This document shows positions 1 to 7,546 of a stretch of DNA of 9,197 bases, one piece after another. How positions within the stretch are numbered: position 1 is the first letter of the stretch; each line of letters opens with the position of its first letter. The notes below the pieces were generated by a model. The model worked only from the letters and a program-made list of their open reading frames with translations, searched no databases and was not told where the DNA came from. The translations under genes and the position numbers were made by a program. The stretch is from a bacterium (GTDB lineage Bacteria; Bacillota_I; Bacilli_A; RF39; UBA660): contig JAUNSN010000019.1 of NCBI GenBank assembly GCA_030539175.1, forward strand, positions 1 to 9,197. Reading direction: 5' to 3'.

Positions 1-91
1 TATTGTTGAATTAATCATATCACATAATTTATTATCAGACAAGTATATTAGAAAATTTTTGTAAGATATTTGAGTATTTGTTCTCCTTCAT

Positions 92-122
92 ACAAAAATA
101 AAAGCCTCAACAATCAAGGCTT
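92..122 (-). terminator. Rho-independent terminator downstream of tRNA-Pro
   Basis: On the minus strand the stem is AAGCCT (122-117) / AGGCTT (107-102) with a 9-nt loop, followed by TTATTTTTGT (101-92). It starts 12 nt after the tRNA 3' CCA. Confidence 0.6.
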
Positions 123-134
123 AACAAACATAAA

Positions 135-211
135 TGGTCGGGAAGACAGGATTTGAACCTGCAACCACCTGGTCCCAAACCAGGTGCTCTACCAAGTTGA
201 GCCACTTCCCG
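135..211 (-). tRNA. tRNA-Pro (anticodon UGG), 77 nt, CCA encoded
   Basis: The reverse complement folds by hand into a full cloverleaf: acceptor CGGGAAG/CTTCCCG, D arm GCTC-AACTTGGTA-GAGC, anticodon stem CCTGG/CCAGG with loop TTTGGGA (anticodon TGG, G37), variable TGGTT, T arm GCAGG-TTCAAAT-CCTGT, discriminator A, then CCA. Confidence 0.97.
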
Positions 212-231
212 ATGTCTTAAAAGACAAACAT

Positions 232-260
232 ATTATAACAAAAATAATTTACTTTATCAA
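232..260 (-). promoter_or_regulatory. Sigma-A type promoter for tRNA-Pro
   Basis: The minus strand reads TTGATA (260-255), a 17-nt spacer, then TGT-TATAAT (extended -10, hexamer 237-232). The -10 ends 20 nt upstream of the mature tRNA 5' end. Confidence 0.7.
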
Positions 261-414
261 CTTTATTTTGATATTTTTTATATAAAAATTTTTAAATATT
301 TTATTTTTATATTAAATACATAGTTTTATTTTGTTTTTATGACATATATTTTAAATATAACTTATGCTTTTACAAATATTAATTTTTAAAATTAAAGATT
401 TTTTACAAAAAGTA

Positions 415-423
415 TGTTAGAAT
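415..423 (+). promoter_or_regulatory. Possible extended -10 element upstream of the GGDEF locus
   Basis: TGTTAGAAT (TGnTAnAAT) lies ~30 nt upstream of the GTG at 454. No convincing -35 (AAGATT at 17-nt spacing). Confidence 0.3.
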
Positions 424-453
424 ACAATTAAATATGAAAGAGGATGAGTAATA

Positions 454-717
454 GTGAGTATAGTAAATTTAGAAATATATTCTATCTTAATAATTTGTAT
501 ATTAATTACTGATTATTATCTAAAACATAAGAATAAATTAAACATTAATAGTTATATATACATAATAATGGCCGGATGTATTGTTATATTATCTAGTATT
601 AATATATTCTTAGCAACCAATATTAATACTAATCTTAATGTCTATTATTTAGCCATAGTAGCCTATATTATTCTTATAATTCCTCCTATTTGTATATATC
701 TATATATATATCTATAA
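454..717 (+). CDS. N-terminal polytopic membrane segment, probably the frameshifted 5' part of the downstream GGDEF gene
   Basis: GTG start with AGAGGA (439-444) 9 nt upstream. It encodes 87 aa made of ~3 hydrophobic helices. It terminates inside a (TA)n tract and overlaps the next ORF by 28 nt in a different frame. Confidence 0.5.
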   Translation: MSIVNLEIYSILIICILITDYYLKHKNKLNINSYIYIIMAGCIVILSSINIFLATNINTNLNVYYLAIVAYIILIIPPICIYLYIYL

Positions 718-1541
718 ACTACTTTAATGAATATTTTAATATTAATAAAATTAATTCTAAACTTATAATATATATCATCACTTATATTCTTATTACTATT
801 TTTGTATTATTAATTCAACTTAAACAATTTTCTATAAAACCAGATCATATTCTTGATTTAGGTAAATATAGATATCTATTATTTATTACCTGTCTTCCTA
901 GTTTTTTAATAATAATAAGATTTATTAAAGAAAAAGACAAGAAAAAGGGAAGAAAAATAGATATACAATTATTAATAACTGTTTTAATACCTATTATAGG
1001 AAGTATTATTAGTATTCCAATTGAAAGTATTTCTCTCTTAATTCCTTCCTATACTTTATCATTAATATCAATATACATATATAGAAGTAATATTGAATTA
1101 TATAACGATCCATTAACAGGGATATATAATCGTAAAATACTTGAAGATACCAACTTTAAAATAAGTAAGAAAACAGCTATACTTTTCATAGATATAGATA
1201 AGTTTAAAAGTATTAATGATATTTATGGACATGATGTTGGTGATAAAGTATTAAAAGATGTAAGTTCAATTCTTAAGAATACTATTAGAGATAGTGATTA
1301 TCCAATTAGAATAGGTGGAGATGAATTTATAATTATTTGTTCTATTAAACAAAATAAAGATATTGCTCAATTAGTAAAAAGAATTAATAATAATATAGAA
1401 AAATATAACAAACAATCTCCTATACCTATATCCTTAAGTATAGGAGAGGGAATATATAATAAAAAAACAGAAAATATCAATGATTTTATTAAGAAAATAG
1501 ATGAAAAAATGTATGCTGAAAAAAAGAAAAAAATAAGATAA
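690..1541 (+). CDS. Membrane-anchored diguanylate cyclase (GGDEF domain)
   Basis: Hydrophobic N-terminal half, then canonical GGDEF-domain motifs: DPLTGIYNR, ILFIDIDKFKSINDIYGHDVGDKVL, an intact GGDEF (nt 1314-1328), and an RxxD I-site (RDSD) exactly 5 residues upstream of GGDEF. The annotated start is a TTG with no Shine-Dalgarno (pyrimidine-rich TCCTCC upstream), so the true start is probably the GTG at 454, reached via a frame change. Confidence 0.88.
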   Translation: MYISIYISINYFNEYFNINKINSKLIIYIITYILITIFVLLIQLKQFSIKPDHILDLGKYRYLLFITCLPSFLIIIRFIKEKDKKKGRKIDIQLLITVLIPIIGSIISIPIESISLLIPSYTLSLISIYIYRSNIELYNDPLTGIYNRKILEDTNFKISKKTAILFIDIDKFKSINDIYGHDVGDKVLKDVSSILKNTIRDSDYPIRIGGDEFIIICSIKQNKDIAQLVKRINNNIEKYNKQSPIPISLSIGEGIYNKKTENINDFIKKIDEKMYAEKKKKIR

Positions 1542-1557
1542 CAACTATCTTATTTTT
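1529..1557. terminator. Bidirectional AT-rich hairpin shared by the convergent GGDEF and aspS 3' ends
   Basis: Perfect 12-bp inverted repeat AAAAATAAGATA (1529-1540) / TATCTTATTTTT (1546-1557) with a 5-nt loop. It spans both stop codons. On the minus strand it is followed by TTTCTTTTTT. Only one G:C pair, so the stem is weak. Confidence 0.5.
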
Positions 1558-3281
1558 ATATGAACTTCTCGCAAACTTTTTTCATCTATTTCACTTGGAC
1601 AACCCATCATATAATCTTGTCCACTAACACTCATTGGGAAAGCTTGAACTTCTCGTAAGTTAGTCTCATCTTGTAATAACATGATAATTCTATCAATTCC
1701 TGGTGCCATACCTGCATGTGGAGGAACTCCATATTGAAAAGCTTCATACAAAGACTTAAATTTTGTCTTTAATACACTCTCATCATAACCTACTTTTGCA
1801 AAAGATTCTTTTAACAACTCAACATCATGATTTCTCACCGCACCACTTGACATTTCATGACCATTGCATACAAAATCAAATTGCATAGCAAGTATTTCAT
1901 CTAATTTATCATTATTAAAAGCTTTTTTACCTTCCTTTGGCATACTGAAAGGATTATGACAAAAGTCATATTTACCCTCATCTTCGTTATATTCAAATAA
2001 TGGTATATCATTAATAATACAAAATTCAAATTTATTATTATTTATTAACTCTAATTTTCTTCCTAATTCATCTCTTATTTTACCAGCTAATTTAGGTGCT
2101 TGTTCTTTATCTGCAATAAAGAACAAAACACTTCCAACTTTTAAATTAGCCTTATCTATTAAGCTTTTTCTTTCTTCATCAGTTAAAAATTTATCTATTG
2201 GACCATTAAAAACATAGTCATCCATTACTTTTATATAACCAATACCAGGCATACCTAAAGTTTTAGCATAATCAACTACTTCATTAAACCACGAATTAGA
2301 TTTACTAGCAATATCATCTACTTTAATACCTTTAACGACAATATCTCTAAAAGGTTTAAATTCACTATTAGCAAATTCATTAGTTAAATCTATTATCTCT
2401 AAAGGGTTTCTTAAATCAGGTTTATCAGTCCCATACTTATCCATTGCTTCTTTATAACTTATTCTTCTAAAGGGCTTAGGACTAACTTCTCTTGTCGAAA
2501 AGTTAGTAAATAAATCATAAAATATATCTTCTCCTATTTTATAAACATCTTCTTCTGTTACATAAGACATTTCAAAATCAAGTTGATAAAATTCTAATGT
2601 TCTATCCGCCCGACAATCTTCATCTCTAAAACAAGGAGCAATTTGATAATATCTATCAATTCCACCAACCATTAATAATTCTTTAAATATTTGAGGAGCT
2701 TGTGGTAAAGCATAAAACTTTCCTTTAAATTTTCGCGATGGAATAATAAAATCTCTTGCCCCCTCAGGAGAAGAAGCTGTAATAATAGGTGTTTGTACTT
2801 CTATAAAATCTAATTTATCCATCTTATTACGTAAAAATTGTAAAACTTTACTTCTTAAAATTATATTATCTTTTACTTTTTTATTCCTTAAATCTAAGTA
2901 ACGATAAGTAAGTCTAGTTTCTTCATTAACTTCTTTAGATGTAATTATTTCAAATGGTAAAGCATTCTTAGCTAAGCCTAATATTTGTAAGTTTTCAACA
3001 ACTAATTCAATTGTCCCAGTAGCCAATTTATCATTATAATCTTCTTCATTTCTTTTTCTTATTTTACCACTTACTGTTATACTAGATTCTCTTGTTAATC
3101 CATCAAAAACCTTATCATCATTACTTACCAGTTGCATACTTCCCTTATTATCACGTAAATCAACAAATATTACTCCACCATGATCACGAATATTTTCTAC
3201 AAATCCAGCTAATCTTATCTCTTTATCAACATAATCCTCTGTTATTTCATTACAATAATTACTGCGATATTTATTTATCAT
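1545..3281 (-). CDS. aspS: Aspartyl-tRNA synthetase, bacterial type (likely non-discriminating)
   Basis: 578 aa with class IIb signatures: FYALPQAPQIFKELLMVGG, QIAPCFRDEDCRADR (motif 2) and GMAPGIDRIIMLL (motif 3). It has the bacterial insertion domain. The ATG is preceded by AGGAGAG, which overlaps the gatB stop. It is the last gene of the gatCAB operon. Confidence 0.96.
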   Translation of the reverse strand: MINKYRSNYCNEITEDYVDKEIRLAGFVENIRDHGGVIFVDLRDNKGSMQLVSNDDKVFDGLTRESSITVSGKIRKRNEEDYNDKLATGTIELVVENLQILGLAKNALPFEIITSKEVNEETRLTYRYLDLRNKKVKDNIILRSKVLQFLRNKMDKLDFIEVQTPIITASSPEGARDFIIPSRKFKGKFYALPQAPQIFKELLMVGGIDRYYQIAPCFRDEDCRADRTLEFYQLDFEMSYVTEEDVYKIGEDIFYDLFTNFSTREVSPKPFRRISYKEAMDKYGTDKPDLRNPLEIIDLTNEFANSEFKPFRDIVVKGIKVDDIASKSNSWFNEVVDYAKTLGMPGIGYIKVMDDYVFNGPIDKFLTDEERKSLIDKANLKVGSVLFFIADKEQAPKLAGKIRDELGRKLELINNNKFEFCIINDIPLFEYNEDEGKYDFCHNPFSMPKEGKKAFNNDKLDEILAMQFDFVCNGHEMSSGAVRNHDVELLKESFAKVGYDESVLKTKFKSLYEAFQYGVPPHAGMAPGIDRIIMLLQDETNLREVQAFPMSVSGQDYMMGCPSEIDEKSLREVHIKIR

Positions 3282-3293
3282 ATCTTATCTCTC

Positions 3294-4715
3294 CTAACTT
3301 TTATCTAATTCTTCCTTAAACATCTGTGAAGCTTTACTTGGATTAGCCTGTCCTTTAGTTTTCTTCATCATTTGCCCAACAAAAAAGTCTAAAATATTTT
3401 TCCCACTCTTATATTTATCAACCATTGGTTTATTATCATTTATTATTTCAATAACCAAAGTTCTTAGTTCATCATCATCTGTTATTTGTCGCATATTAGA
3501 CTGTTTTATTATTTCAGTTGGAACTAACTCTTCAGTTAAAGCCTTATATAAAACTTCTTTACCTTGTTTTACTGATATAGTTGAATCTTCAACAGCTTTT
3601 ATTAAATCAACTAACATTTTTTCATTTACATAAATATCTCTAATTCCAAGTTCATATTTATTTAAATGTCCCATTATTACTCCATTTATCCAATTAGCCA
3701 CACTTTTAGGATTAATACCATAAGTTAAACATTTTTCAAAATATAAAGCATTTTCTTTTTCTTTAACCAATATATTAGCATCATATCTTGATAAACCATA
3801 TTCTTTCATATAAATATTAACTCTTTCAAACTGTAATTTAGGAATACTTGCTTTTATTTCATCTATCCAAGCCTTATCTAACTTTATTGCAGGTATATTA
3901 GGTTCAATAAAATACTTATAATCTACTGCTTCAACTTTATTTCTCATCGAAATAGTTGTTAAACTATCAACATCAAATCTTCTAGTTTCTTGAATAATTT
4001 TACCACCATTATCTAATATTTCTGTTTGTCTTTTTATTTCATACTCTAAAGCAAGTTTTACATTATTAAACGAATTAATATTCTTTATCTCAACCTTAGT
4101 ACCAAATTCTTTAGCATTTTCTTCCATTAAAGAAATATTAACATCACAACGCATTTGTCCTTTATCACTTCTTGCCTCACTTACTTCACAATATAAAAAT
4201 ACTTTTCTTAATGCTTCTAAAAATCCTAAAGCTTCATTTACACTATTCATTGTTGGTTCAGTAACAACTTCCATTAAAGGAATACCACTTCTATTATAAT
4301 CTATTAAAGAATAATTACCAAAATGATCTAAACTAGCAGTATCTTCTTCTAAATGAATATCATGAATATCTACCCTTTTATCAACGCCATCTACATTTAT
4401 CATTAAATAACCATTTATACCTACTGGTTTATGCATTTGTGTAATTTGATATCCTTTAGGTAAATCTGGATAAAAATAATTTTTTCTATCAAAAATTATT
4501 TTTTCTGGAACTTCACAATTAAGAGCTAAAGACATCATTAATGCTTTTCTTAATGCTTCTTTATTAATAACTGGCATAATACCAGGAAAGCCTAAATCAA
4601 CAACCGATAAATTACTATTAGGTTCAAGAGAATATTCATTTTTCCCTGTAGAAAAAACTTTAGATAAACTCCGAGCCTCACAATGAACTTCTAACCCAAT
4701 AACTATTTTTCGCAT
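3294..4715 (-). CDS. gatB: Asp-tRNA(Asn)/Glu-tRNA(Gln) amidotransferase subunit B
   Basis: 473 aa with a typical GatB N-terminus (VIGLEVHCE...), DYNRSGIPLMEVVTEP, and a C-terminal YqeY-like tail (GQMMKKTKGQANP). Its ATG overlaps the gatA TAA by 1 nt (TAATG). Confidence 0.97.
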   Translation of the reverse strand: MRKIVIGLEVHCEARSLSKVFSTGKNEYSLEPNSNLSVVDLGFPGIMPVINKEALRKALMMSLALNCEVPEKIIFDRKNYFYPDLPKGYQITQMHKPVGINGYLMINVDGVDKRVDIHDIHLEEDTASLDHFGNYSLIDYNRSGIPLMEVVTEPTMNSVNEALGFLEALRKVFLYCEVSEARSDKGQMRCDVNISLMEENAKEFGTKVEIKNINSFNNVKLALEYEIKRQTEILDNGGKIIQETRRFDVDSLTTISMRNKVEAVDYKYFIEPNIPAIKLDKAWIDEIKASIPKLQFERVNIYMKEYGLSRYDANILVKEKENALYFEKCLTYGINPKSVANWINGVIMGHLNKYELGIRDIYVNEKMLVDLIKAVEDSTISVKQGKEVLYKALTEELVPTEIIKQSNMRQITDDDELRTLVIEIINDNKPMVDKYKSGKNILDFFVGQMMKKTKGQANPSKASQMFKEELDKS

Positions 4716-6178
4716 TACTTATCACCTCTAGCAATCATATTCTTACATCCTAGTACATCTTCTATTTTTTTAGCCATATTTAAAACTACAACATCTTCCT
4801 TAACCCTTCCTGTTATATTTATCGCAACTGGCATATCATTTACCAAACCACTAGGAATAGTTATACTAGGAAAACCACCAAAATTACCGATTGCTAAATG
4901 ATTTTCTAACAATAAATATCTCTTTGATAATTTATCCAAATCATCACTTCCAGCTTTAGGTGCAATACCACCAGAAGCAGGCAATATTAAACCATCATAT
5001 TCTTTAAACAAATCATTAAATTTATCAACTATCATTCTTCTAATTCGACCGCTATTAAAGAATAATTTTTCTTGATTCTCTTTTTGTAATATATAACTAC
5101 CTAAAACAAATCTTCTTTTTATAAGTTCAGAAAATCCTTTAGTTCTAGCATCAAACATCATATCATTAACCTTCTTAGCATCTGATCTAGGTCCATATAA
5201 TATACCTGTTAAATTAGCATTATTGCTAGTTGCCTCAGCACAAGATATTGATATATAAGTCGGATATATAGCATTAAGTAATGTTTCATCAAATGAAACT
5301 TCCTCTACTACAAACCCCATTTCTTTACATTTATCAATAACACTATAAAAGTTATCCAATGTTTTATGTAATTCTTCATCATTAATATTTTCATATCTTT
5401 TTCTATCACATATTTCCTTAATATAAAATAATTTCCTTCCCCTAATATCATTATTAATAGAATCTAAATATACTACCGACTCATCTGGTAAACTAGTCAT
5501 ATCTTTCTCATCATGCCCTTTAATAGTATCCATCACAATTGCAACATCTTCAACACTTCTCGCAAAACATCCTAAATGATCTAAAGAAGAAGCAAAAGCA
5601 AATAAACCATAACGAGAAACGCGACCATAAGTTGGTTTATAACCAACTACTCCACCAAATGCGGCTGGTTTCCTAATTGAATCACCTGTATCTGAACCAA
5701 TTGCAAAAGGAACTATACCAAGCGCTACGGCAGCCGCACTTCCAGACGAAGAGCCACCTATTAAACATTCGCTATTCCAAGGATTCTTTACCATCCCAGT
5801 ATGACCAGTTGTTCCTGTTCCACCCATTGCTAATTCATCTAATACAGTTTTTCCCATTAATACTGCTCCACTATCTTTCAATTTCTTATAAATAGTCGCA
5901 TCATATACTGGTACATAATCACTTAATATATTAGATGATGCTGTAGTAAGTATTCCCTTAGTAGAAATATTATCTTTTAAAGCATAAGGGATACCATTTA
6001 ATAAACTATTAGGATTATTAACTTGTTCTTTAGTATTAATCAAAGTAACAAAACAATTATATTTATCTTGATATTTATTAGCTTTATTTAAACTATCTTT
6101 AAATAAAGAATCAGATGTCACTTCACCTAACTTTATTTTTTTTTGAATATCAATAATATTCATTTGAATATTTTCCAT
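4715..6178 (-). CDS. gatA: Asp-tRNA(Asn)/Glu-tRNA(Gln) amidotransferase subunit A (amidase family)
   Basis: 487 aa with the amidase signature GGSSSGSAAAVALG and GSDTGDSIRKPAAFGGVVGYKPTYGRVSRYG. The ATG directly abuts the gatC stop. Confidence 0.97.
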   Translation of the reverse strand: MENIQMNIIDIQKKIKLGEVTSDSLFKDSLNKANKYQDKYNCFVTLINTKEQVNNPNSLLNGIPYALKDNISTKGILTTASSNILSDYVPVYDATIYKKLKDSGAVLMGKTVLDELAMGGTGTTGHTGMVKNPWNSECLIGGSSSGSAAAVALGIVPFAIGSDTGDSIRKPAAFGGVVGYKPTYGRVSRYGLFAFASSLDHLGCFARSVEDVAIVMDTIKGHDEKDMTSLPDESVVYLDSINNDIRGRKLFYIKEICDRKRYENINDEELHKTLDNFYSVIDKCKEMGFVVEEVSFDETLLNAIYPTYISISCAEATSNNANLTGILYGPRSDAKKVNDMMFDARTKGFSELIKRRFVLGSYILQKENQEKLFFNSGRIRRMIVDKFNDLFKEYDGLILPASGGIAPKAGSDDLDKLSKRYLLLENHLAIGNFGGFPSITIPSGLVNDMPVAINITGRVKEDVVVLNMAKKIEDVLGCKNMIARGDK

Positions 6179-6469
6179 TTACTCCACCACCTTTGGAACT
6201 TTTACTTGATTATGTAATTTATCTTTAACATTAAATAAAGCTTCATCTACACTTATTACATCTTTAACTTCATCTTCCCTAAATTTTGCTTCTTCAAGTT
6301 CAAAAGGAAAAGTAAGAGGCTCAACATCTTTAATACCGTCAATAAGAGATATTAATTCCATTTGTTTTAATATAACATCAAACTCTCTTTGTAAGGTTTC
6401 ATATTCCTCATCCTTCATATCAAACATCAATTTAGATGCATAACTTTTTAATTTTTCTTTTTCTATCAT
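6179..6469 (-). CDS. gatC: Asp-tRNA(Asn)/Glu-tRNA(Gln) amidotransferase subunit C
   Basis: ~96 aa, GatC-like in size and position, immediately upstream of gatA. I moved the start to the internal ATG at 6469 (MIEKEKL...) because GGGAG (6480-6476) sits 6 nt upstream. The ATG at 6511 in the ORF track lies inside the predicted promoter. Confidence 0.88.
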   Translation of the reverse strand: MIEKEKLKSYASKLMFDMKDEEYETLQREFDVILKQMELISLIDGIKDVEPLTFPFELEEAKFREDEVKDVISVDEALFNVKDKLHNQVKVPKVVE

Positions 6470-6499
6470 AAGTATCTCCCTTTCAAATAAACTACATGT

Positions 6500-6529
6500 A
6501 TTATAACACAATATTGGTGTGTGTTACAA
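6500..6529 (-). promoter_or_regulatory. Promoter of gatCAB-aspS with an embedded dyad (copy 1 of the duplicated promoter)
   Basis: The minus strand reads TTGTAA (6529-6524), an 18-nt spacer, then TGT-TATAAT (extended -10, hexamer 6505-6500). A 7-bp inverted repeat TAACACA-N9-TGTGTTA (6504-6526) occupies the spacer and -10. The predicted 5' UTR to the gatC ATG is only ~25 nt. Confidence 0.6.
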
Positions 6530-6604
6530 CAAATAAAACCAATACATCCACTCTATTTTTATACCATTATTAATATTAATTATAAAAATTTTATTAATTA
6601 TACT
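6500..6604. repeat. 105-bp direct repeat, copy 1 (identical to 7943-8047)
   Basis: Base-by-base comparison shows 105/105 identity at an offset of 1443 bp. The flanks diverge immediately on both sides. Confidence 0.95.
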
Positions 6605-6645
6605 CCCGACTTCCGCACTTGAAATGTCATATTGTCATTTTTCCT

Positions 6646-6680
6646 AAAAAAAAGACCTAGAGCTTCTAAAGTTTTCTAGG
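6646..6680 (-). terminator. Rho-independent terminator after fic
   Basis: Minus strand: CCTAGA (6680-6675) ... TCTAGG (6661-6656), with an alternative tighter fold UUUAGA-AGC-UCUAGG. It is followed by TC + T8 (6655-6646) and lies 40 nt downstream of the fic stop. Confidence 0.5.
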
Positions 6681-6720
6681 CACATCTCAATATAGATTTT
6701 ATGATATTTGTTTAAATAAA

Positions 6721-7461
6721 TCAATCATTTTCTTCTAAAAAGTAATTAACTAGTTTTTCATAATTATCTTGACTATTAAGACAAGTATCTAATAAATATC
6801 CTTTTTCATTATTGATTTGATATTCTTTTATACCTCTTAAATAAAAGTCTTTGTTTCTTTCTTCTATATAAAATGGCATTATGTCATTATATAAACATTC
6901 TCTAAACATAATCATTCTACCAACTCTACCATTACCATCTTGAAATGGATGAATTCTTTCAAACCTAACGTGAAATTCAATTATGTCTTCAAGTGTTTTT
7001 TTAGAAATATCATTATACCAATTCATAAGTTTTAGCATTTCGTCAGACACTTTATCTGGTAAAGCAGTTGTAATATTGCCAACAAAGTTTTTTCTTTTTT
7101 TATATTCTCCTACATTAAACCATTCTTTTTCACTATCAGTTAATGTTCCATCCTTTAATATAAAATGGAATTTTTTAATCATATCTTCTGTTAATTTATC
7201 ATCTATTGTATCTAACATATACTTAAATAATGTAAAATGATTTTTAGTTTCTGTAGCATCTTTTAAAACAATCACTTTATCACTATTTGTCAAAATTGTT
7301 CCTGTGTCATATATACTTGCAGTTTCATCGGAAGTTATAGTAGATCCCTCCATATGATTAGTATTATAAGCAAATTCTAATTGTGTTTTATGATAAAGAT
7401 TACCAGATAAATTAATTCTTTTTTGTTCAATTAATGCTTTTTTAACATCACTTACTTTCAT
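6721..7461 (-). CDS. Fic-domain protein (class II, N-terminal autoinhibitory helix); putative AMP-transferase
   Basis: 246 aa. The canonical Fic motif HPFQDGNGRVGR (HxFx[D/E]GNGRxxR) is at nt 6916-6951. The inhibitory motif TNHMEG ([S/T]xxxE[G/N]) is at residues 34-39 (nt 7345-7362). Strong SD AGGAGG (7474-7469) lies 7 nt before the ATG. The stop is TGA. Confidence 0.93.
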   Translation of the reverse strand: MKVSDVKKALIEQKRINLSGNLYHKTQLEFAYNTNHMEGSTITSDETASIYDTGTILTNSDKVIVLKDATETKNHFTLFKYMLDTIDDKLTEDMIKKFHFILKDGTLTDSEKEWFNVGEYKKRKNFVGNITTALPDKVSDEMLKLMNWYNDISKKTLEDIIEFHVRFERIHPFQDGNGRVGRMIMFRECLYNDIMPFYIEERNKDFYLRGIKEYQINNEKGYLLDTCLNSQDNYEKLVNYFLEEND

Positions 7462-7523
7462 TATTATTCCTCCTTTTTAAATTTTTAGGGTTTGTTTTAA
7501 CAAGAGTTAATACTTCTTTATAT

Positions 7524-7546
7524 GTTTTATCAACAAGTGATAAAAC
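7524..7546 (-). other. 9-bp perfect hairpin overlapping the stop codon of the membrane ORF
   Basis: GTTTTATCA (7524-7532) / TGATAAAAC (7538-7546) with a 5-nt loop. No U-run follows on the minus strand, so it is not a canonical terminator. Confidence 0.4.

Noticed and set aside
1-91. Possible gene fragments at the left edge: a plus-strand frame open to a TAA at 62-64, and a minus-strand AAGGAG at ~77-82
   Set aside because: About 20 codons is too short to recognise. The minus-strand SD has no start codon at usable spacing. It cannot be supported from this window.
3092-3319. 75-aa plus-strand ORF
   Set aside because: It is antisense to the aspS 5' end and the gatB 3' end. It is low-complexity (Y/L/H-rich) with no SD, as expected by chance opposite a real gene in AT-rich DNA.
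5677-5895. 72-aa plus-strand ORF
   Set aside because: It lies entirely antisense within the conserved amidase core of gatA. It has no SD and no recognisable motif.
6470-6511. Longer gatC start (MCYNTCSLFEREIL...) from the ORF track
   Set aside because: The ATG at 6511 sits inside the duplicated promoter region, between the -35 and the -10, and has no SD. The internal ATG at 6469 has GGGAG at 6-nt spacing and gives a normal ~96-aa GatC.
6605-6645. Locally GC-richer junction segment (CCCGACTTCCGCACTT) next to repeat copy 1, considered as a tRNA-fragment or att remnant
   Set aside because: It does not match the tRNA-Pro in this window and does not fold into any tRNA arm. The TGTCAT-ATTGTCAT mini-repeat is too short to interpret.
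6470-6720. T-box or other riboswitch leader upstream of gatC
   Set aside because: I looked for one because ND-aspS/gatCAB operons can be T-box controlled. The fic terminator, a short unique segment and the promoter repeat fill this interval. The leader after the -10 is only ~25 nt. No T-box consensus or antiterminator/terminator pair is visible.
6983-7240. 85-aa plus-strand ORF
   Set aside because: It is antisense within fic. It is S/L/F-rich shadow-frame sequence with no start context.
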